Shown: one piece after another, positions 11,100 through 24,408 of the stretch
How the letters are laid out: each line of letters opens with the position of its first letter
How positions within the stretch are numbered: position 1 is the stretch's first letter
NCBI GenBank assembly: GCA_024679065.1
Contig: JAGIQG010000004.1
Coordinates: 40,424,001 to 40,488,000, forward strand
Direction of reading: 5' to 3'
From: Sphyrna mokarran
Lineage: Eukaryota
Length of the DNA: 64,000 bases
The notes under the pieces: model-generated
The model's database searches: none
The model's input: only the letters and a program-made list of their open reading frames with translations
What the model was told of the DNA's origin: nothing
Program-made: the position numbers and the translations under genes

Positions 11100-12205
11100 G
11101 AGTGGTGATTTGACCAAAAAAATTTTTAAGTGCTGAATTCGAGTGAAAAAAAATCAATATTTTTAGTGTGATTTTCAGATTGAATCTCCCACTCTCTGAG
11201 CACTGCAGAATGCCTCAGCGTGATTCACACTGAAAATCAGTGGGCATGACCTTTTTCTGCTGGAGAAGCGGGCAGCATAGAACTGAACATGTGCCAATTT
11301 GTCAGAGCAGAAATTGGCACATGCGCATTGGCCCTACGCTGCTGGCCTCCCGATTGTTGGCCAGTCCCATAACCCCACACTGTTGACCTTCCAACGCCCC
11401 CACTCTCCATTTGCTGGCCTCCTGATCCTTTACAGGCAAGCCCCAATGTCTCCCCCAATGACCTTGGTCAGCCCAGATCTCTCAGGCCTACCCCACTGCA
11501 TTCCCTTAAACCCTGCCCCCTCCCTGATAGCTCTGACCATCCTCCTCCCCCACCTCAACCTCTAATGGCCCGGCCTGATCACCCCCTTCCCTTCCTCTCC
11601 CAGCAATCCTCTGATCCTCTGACAGAGTAGTAGCAGGACCCCACATCTCCTCTAATTGCCCCCAGAAGCCCTGCCGCTTTGGCATTGTCTGATGCTCAGT
11701 GGGCACTGCTGAGGTGCCCCTTGGGCATTGCCAGTTTGCCGTTCTCTTCTCTCCAGTGGCCCAATCCTGCTGGAGGGAAGAGAGGCCATTGAGGCACTCC
11801 CAGAAGGTCAGGGGTAAGGGGATGCTGCCCAGAAACAACGCCCCCCCCCCCCTTACCCCTGACTTCCTGGGGATGCCTCAATGGCCTCTCTTCCTTCCAA
11901 CGAGGTTGGACCGCCTGTTCTCCATTAGTGGGGAGCTGTTTTAAACCCCACTTGAGGGAACCACTCCAGGTTTTGGGGAGAGATGCTAGTAGGCCTGGTG
12001 ACTTCAGTAATGATATTTAAATACTGATATAAATATTTAAATCAGCTCTGCATCAATTTCTGGTGCAGAGTTGATTACTCCAAAAGTCTTGAAGCAAGAG
12101 ACACATGAAGGCTATAGCAGCCAATAGGAGGCATGCTAAACAATCTCTGCTGATGTCTCCCAGCCGGCTGCTAGGTCAGCGCAGCTGGCTGAGAGAATCA
12201 CCCCC
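11100..12205 (+). mobile_element. ~1.1 kb non-autonomous DNA transposon (Harbinger-like) with internal hairpin
   Basis: Imperfect TIRs GAGTGGTGATT / GAATCACCCCC. The 5' part (AAAATTTTTAAGTG..GAATCTCCCACTCTCTG) is also seen at ~53520. No coding capacity. Confidence 0.6.
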
Positions 12206-12604
12206 ATGATCTGTAACCACTCCTGTCTTCATTTTGAAGCCAATTCTACAGTAAGAGTAACTAATACGATGGCCATAATGTTGGATACTTGATTATTCAT
12301 GGATTCCTTTGTTTTATTACCCCTATATTTATTTTAAGATTTCTTTAGAAGGAATAAATTAGTAAAGAAAGCACAAAAGAAAACAATCAAAATTAAAGAT
12401 CAGTAGTTGAAAAATCAGAGTCAGAGATCTACTGAAGCAATAAAAACGTTAAATAGGTGAAGGCAGCCACTACAACAGAGATTAACGTGTGTCACTTCAC
12501 ACATTAGTCGAATTGGCTTCTGAAGATGATTAACAGAATTCCTATTGGGGTGACCCCTTCTTTGGAAATTTCAGCCTAATCATATAACTTGGAAGGGAAA
12601 AGGA

Positions 12605-12980
12605 AAAAGGATTTGCCTTTTCATGAATTCACGGTGCCCCAAAGTTCTTACAGACAATAAAGCAAATGCAATGACTATTGTAGTTTAGAAAATCAGCAGT
12701 CAATTTGCACGTAGCAAAGTAAAGAAATGGCAATGATTATACTGACTAGATGATCTTTTAAACTGATGCTGGTTGAGGTCAGGACACTAGTTAGAATTCC
12801 TTCGCTCTTCTTTGAACAATGTTGTGGAATCTTTAACATCCACCTAAGAGGGAAAACAGGCCCTTAATTTCACATTTCATCTATATAACAGAACTTCCAC
12901 AATGTAGTACCACCTCAGCAATACATTGGAGTGGAATTTGAACTCATAGCTTTCTGTTTCAAGAAACAAATATAATCGCA
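12605..12980 (-). mobile_element. Deu-domain SINE (SacSINE1-like), old
   Basis: The minus strand shows a tRNA-like head (TGGCTCAGTTG..GAGTTCAAATTCCACTCCA), Deu-like core (AGGTGGATGTTAAAGATTCCAC..TTCAAAGAAGAGC) and an L2-like tail. Confidence 0.75.
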
Positions 12981-13233
12981 ACTGAGCCAATACTGACACT
13001 GTAGGTAAAAACCCACAAATTCTATTCAGAAAATGTAAATACATTTGAATGTAACCATTGGTCTATTCCATATAAATTATATAAAAATAAAATTCCATAT
13101 CAAATTCATCAAAATTCATTTGAGTACTAAAGAATAGTCAGCAACTACAATGTATATAGTGCTTTTAAAATAATGGATATCACAATACATTGTGCAGAGG
13201 AGAAATAATTATCCTATTTTAGTAAAAACTAAA

Positions 13234-13336
13234 GTCCCACCCATCACAGGAATCATAGCTGGTGAGGGAATGGACCAAGCTTGACTTAGGACAGGATTTT
13301 CTAGTTTTGGGGTGAGCGCAGCTGGAAAATCTCACA
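13234..13336. mobile_element. Truncated copy of the 4162/7885 MITE
   Basis: Shared CACAGGAAT...GGACCAAGC...GGATTTTC..GGGGTGAGCGCAGCTGGAAAATC. Confidence 0.55.
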
Positions 13337-14624
13337 GTAGGAGTAACAGTCAAAATTAAAAGCTTGAGGTTTAAAGGTAGTGAAATTGTAGAGTGAACAG
13401 GTTTATTATGGGAGTTTCAGAAAGTGACCCAGCCTATCTCAAAGTTCTGCTGGCCCACTTTAAAGTTTCATTTTATCCTTCATCTCAATGAAAAAAATCT
13501 TCCTTTTAGGTGTGAAGGAATGTAAGTCCAACAATTTGGAAGTACTGATCCGTCCTCCTCTCCCCATCCCCCTGACCATATCCCTTCTAATCCCATATAA
13601 GGGTCCAGATGCAGAGTTGTGTCATCTGCTGTTACTATGCACTATAGAGGCAGCACAACCTGACAAAGCTGGTCAATTATAACCTTAAATCTCCAAATGA
13701 GGCTTTTTTTTTATCCTATCTCTTGATGCTGTAAGTTATTGGTGATTAGAGATGTCTTTTGAAAGATAATCCATGTTTTTAGGCAGAATTTTAACAGCAG
13801 CCATATGGGCAAGGTTGAGGCAGATGGGGGGCTGTCTACTGCTTTGCAACATGGGAATCAGGAGACTTTAGCTTTCAAGTTTCATTTGTAGGTCTCATCT
13901 TAAACTCTCACTCAGACCTGGCGAGATATACTAATTAACTAATAGGCAGAGAATGTCGGATAGAAGGTCATCTTTAGGAACCTGGCAGAATGGTTCCCAG
14001 AAAGAAGGCAAATGGAGTGATTGGGATGGACAGGGGAAAGAGAGGGATTGGAGGGCATGATGGTCGAGGGAAGGGAAGGTAATAGCCCACATTTTATGTG
14101 CAACCCAAAGGAGAACCTCCACTTCCCTCGACCCACAGGAAAACAAATATATATATACACAAGTTACTCAATTTACTAGGCTTCTTCTGGACACACTCCT
14201 GTTGGTCACCAAATTGACAAACGTAGAAGCCAGATGGATTTCCTACTCAACCTTCAGATAAAAATGTCTCAGTACCCACTTGTCTACATAAGCATCTAAA
14301 TATCTTATGGATGTGATCCACTAATGGTGAAGTGGTTTCTTTGGATACATTTTCCACTTGTCATCTTAGCATTAAACTGGGTTCCATTGATTCAATGGAA
14401 ATTAACATTAATAGTTGTTGCACAGTGTCATTCTTATACTTGGGGTCAAGTTAAAAATCTATCTTCTTATGTTGAGACTGTCTGAAGATCAGATGATCTA
14501 GGATGAAGTTGGTCTATAAGTTTGCAGAAATAAGAAAAGGTCATTTAGCCTCATGGCTTATCTGCTTTTTAAATCCAAATCATTTTCTGGTCAAGTCCAG
14601 ATTATTCTATGCATTGCTAAAGTA

Positions 14625-15300
14625 AGAACAATACAGCACAAACAGGCCCTTTGGCCCACAAGTTGCGCCGATCACATCTACCAATCTACAGACCTATCTA
14701 TAACCCACTATCCTATTCTTTTCCATATACTCATCCAGAAGTCTCTTAAAGTGAGTTTGCCTTAACAACCTCCGACGGCAGTCGATTCCATTCACTCCAC
14801 CCTCAGTAAAAAGCCTACCCCTGACATCTCCTTTGTATTTGCTTCCCTGCACCTTAAATCTGTGTCCTCTCATGGTGACCATTTCAGCTCAGGGAAATAG
14901 TCTCTGAGAGTCCACCCTATCTATTCCTCTCAACATTTTATAAACCTCTATCAGGTCGCCTCTCGACCTACGTCTCTCCAGTGAGAAGAGTCCCAGCTCC
15001 CTCAACCTATCTTCATAAGGCCTGCCTCCCAATCCAGGCAGCATCCTTGTAAATCTCCTCTGAACCTTCTCAATAGCCTCTACATCCTTCCTATAATGAG
15101 GCAACCAGAACTGCGCACAATACTCCAACTGGGGTCTGACAAGAGTCTTATAGAGTTGCAGCATTACCTCCTGACTCCTAAACTCTTTCCTTGATTAATG
15201 AAGGCCAGTACACTGTACGCCTTCTTGACCACTTCCTCCACCTGCGAGACCAATTTAAGAGTCCTATGGACCAGGACCCCGAGATCCTTCTGCTCTACAA
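14625..15300 (-). mobile_element. CR1 LINE 3' fragment (relatively young)
   Basis: ORF MLQLYKTLVRPQLEYCAQFWLPHYRKDVEAIEKVQRRFTRMLPG...RGDLIEVYK, then RGHRFKV, plus the 3'UTR CAGGCCCTTTGGCCCAC. Confidence 0.95.
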
Positions 15301-17769
15301 CACAATAAGGAATAATCAAATTTGCTTTGGAATGGATAAACTAAATCAGCGTTTCCTATACTTTTACAGTGAGTTCATTCATAATCTCAATGAATGATTG
15401 TACATTTTTGATATTGAATGACCCATTTATGTTGCTATGCTCCTAACCATTTTTGTGGTCTGATATTGACTTGAAGCAGTTCCTGATATAAATTGATGTA
15501 AAGGTGATAATGGAACAGAACAACACGTGCAGAAAGAAGATGGTCCTAATCTGAATCAAGTCCACCCAGTCCAGTGACTAATTAGATACACTAGAGCAAC
15601 CAGAATGACCAAACACATCAGACTAACTGGAGCGTTAGTATGGACAAGCTACACCAAATTGTCCATGGTATATTTCCTAGGCACGAGGAATGGAACTCAC
15701 TAGTTGACAGTTTCACACCATTTTGGGTTTTCCCCCATGGTATAGTACAACTCCAACCTGGTCAGATCCATATTGAAAGGCAAGGTCACCTTTAATCTAA
15801 TCATGGGAACATTTTTATTTTATGATGAAAAACGCTGTATCTTATGTATTTGGAGATCAAAGCTTTGTTTGAATGTTGAAGTATTTACTGCACCTTTGTT
15901 CTGCTTGGTAAAGCCCAGTGCAAGAATCAGTGAGAAGTGATAGAATGGTTCCCTTCTAATTCCATCCCTCAACTGATCACAATAAATAAAGAATTTGCTT
16001 GCAAATTCAGTAAATGTTTAAGTGCTGTGACTGTAAAAGCACATGCCGACAAGTTTCCTTATAAGCTCTAAAATAAAAGAGAATTATATTTATTGTATTT
16101 AACTAATGAAAATAATAAAAACTCTTCCTCACGTATGCTTTCAACAGTTCATACACAAAACTAAGCTAAAGAGTGGGAGGGTGGGTTTAATCGTTTCAAA
16201 GTATTTTTTTAAATGTCAACTGAATACCAATCCTGTGAGCTGATGGCTTGGCAGGTTTCAGCCTAGGCTCGATGGCTTTTCTGGATTTTGCAAAGGTGAT
16301 TTCAAGACGTTGACAGATAATTTCAGTCTTTTGCAGTCAGCAATTGCTGGGTCAAATGTAAAATGCTGCCTGCGGTGTGCGGCTGGTCAAAGAATAGACA
16401 AGGCCCAAACTTGCAGGATGGCTGGACAGAGAGCCAGCTTGGGGTCTCTCTGGTACAACTCTGACTGTGCCTGCAAGAAATTGCTTAAACTACAGAATGT
16501 ATAACTTATTTATCACCTGATGATCTCTTAAAAACTAGCCAGTTACCCAAACATGATCATAGCATGATGATTCCATGCCCATTGTTTAACAGCAATTAGA
16601 TTATGGCTGGCGGGGAGCAAGACCAAGCTGAATCCACATCCTTACGTCTTGGTGTGTTGCGAATGGTTCAGGAAATGGGTCATTCATGTTTGTCGAAGTT
16701 CATTGTCTTTGGTGGGCTACTTTGGAAACCCAGTTCTTTGCTGCTGGCTTTCTAATTGGCATGGTACCACAATGTATGTTTGGCCATCTTAGGAGCTGCT
16801 ATTTAATTGCTGTTGTTCAGTCTTTTTACCTGTGGTTTCAGCCCACTTAATAAATGAAGTCATTTTTAATATAAAACATGATTTTAAAAATTAGTTGCGC
16901 AACTTGATCTACTGGTTGTGTACAGTTACGTGTTCCTGAGATGGATATGCACAGTGTAATGGCAATAAAAGGGCAGCCTATTCCATAAGTCAATGACAGG
17001 TAGTCTTTGAACTTAGGACACAATTGGTTCCTGGAAACTGCACTGTCAGCTAAAACATCACAAGTTGGAATCAATTTCTCCATAGGAACAAAGTTAAGAA
17101 TGGGAAATTGGTTCTGTCAGTAGACAAGACAGCACTTTTACCATCAAGTTGCGACCACATTTCCCAAGGGTTTTAAATGTTCATTTCAGAGTTACGATGT
17201 GGTGAGTGAAGGGCACAGGGGGTTTGCTGTTTTGGCAGGTTTCACAACTTCCCCAGTCTTGTTCAAAACATATCAAGTTTATAAATCATATCTATAAAAA
17301 TATGAAAGATGGGCTAGCATGGAGACATAAAGTCAAACTGATGGCATAAAATCAAAATACAGTGCAACTGATAAACACTAAGTGCCGTTTTCTGTAAGTT
17401 GAACATCGTAAAGTTGAGGACTGCCTATATTTTGCCCATGTGGATTGTATGCAGACCCAAGAAACATTCCACAGTTAACTAACGGAATCAATCTAGAACG
17501 TGGGCTCCTTTATTAATAATGAAATCTTTTGGTTAACCTGACTTGATTTTGCTTTCTCTTTATATTCTGCTTATTCACTTCGTTATCTTAAATTAAGTTG
17601 AACTGTATTTCTCACAAATAACTAAAACATATAACTTCTTCTGTGTTTTCTGTTTGCTTCCTGTGTCCTGAATGTCAGCAAAAGACACAATTGAAGTCTA
17701 ATTTTATTTGTCTACATGCATTATGGAGATTGTGTTACTTGTGTAAATGGTTGTTGGAACATGGATTCT

Positions 17770-18160
17770 CTCAAACTAACAGCCACTCACACAAACTCAC
17801 ACAGAAGTATTCTCATATTGGTATACAGACATACACGCTTTTTTTCCCTCCCACAACAAACATACTCACACTAACACAGACTAGCATACAAATTCACACC
17901 TCCCCTTCACACATGCACAGTCCTTTCTGGCACAAACACACACTCCTTTCTGGCACAAACTCACACTCCTCCTCTCAATCTCATACCCATACTGTTGGAG
18001 CACTATCTCTTGTGCGCACTTACACATAGTGACACACACTTATACATTAATACATGCATCATCTCTTACTCTCATTCACACACACACTCTCACAAACTTA
18101 CACAAAACCTCACTCACACACGGGCTGTCTCTCACACACTCTTTCTTCTTCTCACACAGT
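17770..18160. repeat. Degenerate (CA)n/(CT)n low-complexity tract followed by a short CR1 tail (18160-18222)
   Basis: CACACA/CTCACA runs, then GGGCCGAAGGGCCTGTTTCCATGCT. Confidence 0.85.
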
Positions 18161-18769
18161 GGGTGTCATGGACAAGTTGGGCCGAAGGGCCTGTTTCCAT
18201 GCTTTAAACCACTATGACTGTATGAGATACAAATTTTCTTTTTAAAGGGAAAATTGGATTAACATTTGACATAGAGAGCTATTAAGAAAAAAAAAGTAAA
18301 ATATTGCGGATGCTGGAAATATGAAATAAAACAGAAAAACTACTATGAATACTCAGTAGATCAGATAGCTTTTGTGGAGAGGGAAACATTTCAAGTTCAG
18401 CATTCCCCCCCCCCCCGGCCACCTTTGGGTTCCCTGGCAGTGCAAGATGCGCACAATGGGGAAACCCACTGACCTATGACTCAGTCATCGGCCAATAGCG
18501 GGTGATCTCCTCAAACCACAAAACTTCTGGCCAGGGGGTGGTGAGTGGAATTCCATCCACAATAGCTTTTAAACAAATGAAGTGGGAATCTGTTACAGGG
18601 AAGGCAGGAGAAATTGAATGGAACAGGGCTTATGGTAATAGGGTGATGGAGAAAACTGAGCAGAGCAAACGAGATAACAGAGCAGATTGATGAGTGAAGT
18701 GCCAGCATAGGCAATATAGACTAAATGACCTCCTCAGTGCAATACTCTTTTATGACTTATCCATCGTTT

Positions 18770-19135
18770 TGTTCTAATTTGCACCAAGTCCTGTTCATCG
18801 ATTATAACTTCTCTTGCTAACTTATCTCTCAGTCAGGTGGTGTCTTGACTACAAACTTTTCATCTTGTTTTCAAATCCCTTGATGGCCTGAACTTTTCTT
18901 ATCCCTGTATTTCCTCCAGCCCATAAGCCTCTAAGACATCTGTCTCATTAAATTCCTGAACCTTTTGAGCATCCTTGATTTTAATTGGCTCATCATTGAT
19001 GGCCTTGCCTTCAGTTGGCTCAGCCTTAAGCTCTGGAATTTCTTCTCTACATCTCTCTACTTGTCCTTCCTCATTCCATTTGACTAAAGCTTTGGTCAAC
19101 TGACACATTTCCTTGTGTGGTTTTATGTCATACTT
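18770..19135 (+). mobile_element. L2 LINE 3' fragment
   Basis: Decayed translation resembles L2 ORF2 C-terminus motifs (..LVFKSLDGL..LQPHKP.RHL...IDGLAFS...PKLWN). Confidence 0.7.
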
Positions 19136-19137
19136 TG

Positions 19138-21382
19138 TGTTATGAATTAATATTAATTTTTGGTAGCTGCACTAAGTACTACATATTAATATCTTCATAT
19201 ATTCACCAGAAGTAATGCCACATAGAACACAGAACATAGAACATAGAACAATACAGCACAGAACAGGCCCTTCGGCCTTCGATGTTGTGCCGACCAAAAT
19301 AAAAAGCAATGCCCCTCCAAACTAAACCATTCCATTCTCTTCCATATACTTATCAATTAACCTCTTAAACGCCACCAAACTTGGCGCATCTACAACAGCT
19401 GCAGGCAGGGCATTCCACTCCCTAATCACTCTTTGAGTAAAGAACCTACCTTGATATCCGTCCTATAACTCATACCCCTTAATTTAAAGCTGTGTCCCCT
19501 CGTGCTAGCATTCTCCATCCTAGGAAAAAGGATATCACTGTCCACCCTATCTAAACCTCTAATCATCTTATATGCTTCAATAAGATCCCCTCTTAGCCGC
19601 CTCCTTTCTAACGAAAACAACCTCAAATCCTTCAACCTCTCTTCATAGGACCTGCCCTCCATACCAGGCAACATCCTAGTAAACCTCCTCTGTACCCTCT
19701 CCAATGCCTCCACATCTTTCTCATAATGTGGCGACCAGAACTGCACACAATACTCCAAGTGCGGCCGCACTAGAGTTTTGTACAGTTGCAACATGATGCT
19801 GCGGCTCCTAAATTCAATCCCCCTACCAATAAAGCTAAGACTCCATATGCCTTCTTAACAACTTTATCCACTTGACTGCCTACTTTCAGTGATCTATTGA
19901 CACATACACCAAGATCCTTCTGTTCCTCAACACCATTAAGAGCCCTACCATTAGCCCTATACTCTACACATTTATTGTTCCTGCCAAAGTGCATTACCTC
20001 ACACTTTTCCACATTAAACTCCATTTGCCACCTCTCGGCCCAGCTCTGCAACTTGGCCAAGTCACTCTGTAAACTAAAACACCCCTCTTCACTATCTACC
20101 ACACCACCAACTTTAGTATCGTCTGCAAATTTACTGATCCATCCCTCAATACCCTCATCCAGATCATTTATAAAAAATTACAAACAGCAGGGGCCCCAAA
20201 ACAGACCCCTGAGGCACACCACTTGTCACCGAACTCCACGATGAATATCTCCCATCAACCACCACCCTCCGTCTTCTATCTGCCAGCCAATTCCTAATCC
20301 AATTAGCTAAATCACCCTCTATTCCACACATCTGCATTTTCTGTAGAAGTCTTCCATGGGCCACCTTATCAAACGCCTTACTAAAAGTCCATATATACTA
20401 CATCAACGGCCTTACCCCCATCCACCTCTTTGGTCACTTTCTCAAAAAACTCAATGAGGTTAGTAAGGCATGACCTACCCTTCATGAAACCATGCTGACT
20501 ATCCCCAATCAATTCATTTCTCTCTAAATAACTATAATCCTATCCCTAATAATTCTCTCCAATACCTTGCCCACCACAGAAGTAAGACTCACTGGCCTAT
20601 AATTCCCAGGAAGGTCTCTCTTCCCCTTCTTAAACAATGGGACCACGTTCGCCATCCTCCAGTCCTCCGGAACCACACCCGTAACCAACGAGGACCTGAA
20701 GATCAGAGCCAGAGGCTCTGCAATCTCCTCTCTTGCCTCCCAGAGAATCCTAGGGTAAATCCCGTCCGGCCCAGGGGACTTATCCAACTTCAAACCCTCG
20801 AGAATTTCTACACATCCTCCCTATCTACTACAATACTTCCCAATTTGCAACCCTGTACCTCAGTGCTCTCCATAGCTACATTTCCAGCACTCTGCGTGAA
20901 TACCGAAGAGAAATATTTATTCAGTGCCTCACCAATCTTTTCAGGCTCCACGCACAACTTCCCACTGCTGTCTATGACTGGCCCTAATCTTGCCCTAACC
21001 AATCTTCTATTCTTAACATATCGAAAGAAAGCTTTAGGATTCTCCTTAATCCTATCAGCCAACATCATTCTCGTGTCCCCTCTTAGCTCTCCTCAATTCA
21101 CTTTTTACCTCCTTCCTGGCTAATCTATAGCTATCCATTGCACTATCTGAGCCTTCAAGCCTCAACCTAACATAAGCCTCCTTTTTCTTCTTAACCAGCA
21201 AATCAACTTTTTTCGTACACCAAGGCTCTCTTACTCGTCCATTTCCTCCCTGCCTGACAGGGACATGTCGATAGCATGGGAAAACACCAGAATGAAAAAG
21301 CAGCCCTATAGCGAACATCACCTTGTAAATAAAGCTATTTTATTTTTAACCCTTCCAAATTTCAATTCTCCAATATACAACA
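19138..21382 (+). mobile_element. 5' LTR of a Gypsy element, interrupted by CR1 19221-21272
   Basis: TGTT...AACA ends, AATAAA at ~21328, PBS-like TGGCAAC at 21390, followed by gag remnants. Confidence 0.6.
19221..21272 (-). mobile_element. Young 5'-truncated CR1 LINE (ORF2 RT region, frameshifted)
   Basis: Successive minus ORFs: [76 protein letters not shown]. The 3' end is a (ATAGAAC)n-like microsatellite at 19221-19250. Confidence 0.97.
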
Positions 21383-21998
21383 TATGAACTGGCAACAAAG
21401 ACTTTGAACACTACTTGCTAACCACCAGAAAGAAAAATTACCAAAAAAACTTCAGGTAAGACTTACAAGAGAAGATTTTCACATGTGCTTCAGATTTAAT
21501 AGGCAAGGTGGATGTGAGGAACAATCCTCTGCAGACCAAATAGAGAGTTGGGTATACTTAAATGAGGCTCCAGCTTGGGTTGTTGCCATGTTTACAAGAA
21601 AAAAAAAGCAAGGTAGCTACTGGAAACGTGTTGCAAGGCGTGCATTCAGGGAAACTCCATTAGTAAGAAAACAGTGGGAGTTTTCAATATCATGGGACTT
21701 TCTGATGAAAATGTGGAGGGATGGAGTTCCTACACTGAGCATTTTGACAATTTTGCACAGGCAAAAAATATAGCAGAAGAGATTAGGACGCTTACACTCA
21801 TGGGCATGATGTGAGGGAGTGGCTGGGGGTGGGGGGGGGTGTGTGTGGAAATGTTTAATCCCTCAGAATTTAGTGCAACAAGAGAAGCCAGGCACTAAAA
21901 TGTATGAACATATTGTAGATCTTTTGCAAGTACATTTTTCATTGAAGCCTTTGGTGATTGCAGAGCACTTCAGATGCCACAAAATAAATCAAGAAGGG
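21383..21998 (+). mobile_element. Gypsy gag, 5' part (decayed)
   Basis: QVHFSLKPLVIAEHFRCHKINQE matches the Gypsy gag HFSPKPLVIAERFRFHKRNQ motif and continues at 27581. Confidence 0.8.
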
Positions 21999-23595
21999 TT
22001 ATCAATAATTATAGGGACCGACAAGGTATTGATGGGCTTAAAAGTGGACAAATCTTCAAGTCCAGAAGAATTGCATCTGAAGTTGTTGTGGGAAGCAAGG
22101 GAGGGAATTACAAGGGCTCTGACCCAAATTTTTAATTCCTCTCTGGCCGCTGGGGTGGTCAAGATATAGAGATGCCGGCATTGGACTGGGGTAAACACAG
22201 TAAGAGGTCTGACAACACCAGGTTTAAGTCCAACCAATTTATTTGATAGTAAACTCACAAGCTTTCGAGGTGTTTCGACCACTTTGTCAGGTGAATGAGG
22301 TGTTCTGGTCTCAGACAGCACATATAACAGCACAGACAGTTTACAGATTACTGATTAGAATGCGAATCTTTACACCTAACCTGCTATTCAAGTCTTAAAG
22401 TGGCTAACAATGTGAGTGGACGGAGCACTGAGCACAGGTTAAAGAGATGTGTATTGTCTCCAGTGAGTGAGGTTCTGCAAACCCAGGCAAGTCATGGGGG
22501 TTACAGATAGTGTGACATGAACCCAAGATCCCTGTTGAGACTGTCCTCATGCGTGCGGAACTTTGTTATCAGTCTCTGCTCAGCGATTCTGCGCTGTCGT
22601 GTGTCATGAAGGCTCCCTTGGAGAATGCTTACCCGAAGGTCAGAGGCCAAATGCCCGTGACCGCTGAAGTGTGTGCCAACAGGTAGGGAAGAGTCTTGCC
22701 TGGTGATTGTCAAGTGATGTTCATTCATCCACTGTTGTAGTGTCTGCATGGTCTCCCCAATGTACCATGCTTCGGGATATCCTTTCTTGCAGCATATGAG
22801 GGAGACAACGTTGGCCGATTTGCAAGAGCATGTACTGTGTAACCTGGTGGATGGTATTCTCACATGTAATGATGTCATTCATGTCGATGATCCGGTATGT
22901 CTTGCAGAGGTTGCTGTGGCAGGGTTGTGTGGTGTTGTAGTCATTGTTCTTCTGAAGCCTAGATAGTTTGCTGCGAACAATGGTCTGTTTGAGGTTGCGC
23001 AGTTGTCTGAAGGCAAGAAGAGGGGGTATGGGGATGGCTCTGGTGAGATGTTCGCCTTTATCAATGATATTTTGAAGACTCTGGAGAAAATGTCATAGCT
23101 TTTCTGCTCCAGGGAAGTACTGGACGACGAAGGATGTTCTGTTCACTGTGTCCCGTATTTGTCTTCTGAGGAGGTCGGTATTATTTTTCGCTGTGGCGCA
23201 TCGGAACTGTCAATCGATGAGTCAACTGCCATATCCTGTTCTCATGAGGGCATCTTTCAGCGTCTGGAGGTGTCTGTCACGATCCTCCTCATCTGAGCAA
23301 ATTCTGTGTATACGGAGGGTTTGTCTGGAGGGGATGGCTTGTGGTACAGTGAGGTGCTGAGGTGACCGTCCTTGATGGAGATGCGTGTGTCCAAGAATGC
23401 AACCGTTTCTGAAGAATAGTCCATGGTGAGTCTGATAGTGGGCTGGAACTTGTTGCTATCATCATATAGTTGTTTCAATGATTGTTCACCATGAGTCCAA
23501 AGGAAGAAAATGTCATTGGTGTATCTAGTGCATAGCCTCGGTTGAAGATCCTATGTGGTGAAGAAGTCTTGTTTGAACCTATGCATGAAGACGTT

Positions 23596-24408
23596 AACAC
23601 ACGGGGAAGTACTGGACAACAAAGGGTACTTTGTCCTCCAAGTACCGTGTTCGTCCCCAGAGTGGAGAAGCTACGACATCTTCTCCGGAGTGACGTCATC
23701 AAATGTGAGAATACCATTCACCAGGCACACAGTACATACTCTTGCAACTCGGCCAACGTTGTCTACCTAATACGTTGCAAGAAAGGATGTCCAAAAGCAT
23801 GGTGCATTGTGTAGACCATGCAGACACTATGACAGCAGATGAATGAACATCGCTTGACAATCACCAGGCAAAACTGTTCCCTTCCTGTTGACGAACACTT
23901 CAGCATTATGGACATTCGGCCTCTAACCTTCGGGTAAACGTTCTTCAAGGGAGCCTTCACGACACACGACAGCGCAGAGCCGCTGAACAGAGACTGATAG
24001 CCAAGTTCCGCACACACGAAGACGGTCTTAACAGGGATCTTGACTTCATGTCACACTATCTGTAACTCCCATGACTTGCCTGGGTTAGCAAAAAGCCTCA
24101 CTTACTGTGCTGTCTGGAGACAATACACATTTCTTTAACCTGTGTTCAGCACTCCTTCCACTCACATTGTTAGCCACTTTAAGACTTGAATAGCAGGTTA
24201 GGTGTAAAGATTTGCATTCTAATCAGTAATCTGTAAACCGTCTGTGCTGACATGTGTGCTATTGGAGACTAAAACACCTCATTCGCCTGACGAAGGCCAT
24301 AGAGCCGAAAGCTTACAAGTTTACTATCAAATAAATCGATTGGATTTAAAACTGGTGTTGTAGACTTCTTAATGTGTTTACCCCAGTCCAACACCGGCAT
24401 CTCTACAT
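23596..24408 (+). mobile_element. Nested 5'-truncated Penelope-like copy
   Basis: GIY-YIG piece CNSANVVYLIRCKKGCPKAW and a full tail ending CCCCAGTCCAACACCGGCATCTCTACAT. 12-bp TSD CATGAAGA(C/T)GTT at 23584-23595 and 24409-24420. Confidence 0.9.
24283..24318 (+). ncRNA. Decayed minimal hammerhead ribozyme motif in the Penelope tail
   Basis: CTGACGA-A-GGC(CATAGA)GCC-GAAA-GC-TT. The catalytic boxes are intact but stem I is mispaired. Homologous motifs lie at 22255-22294 (-), 26049-26088 (+) and 54541-54576 (+). Confidence 0.65.
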
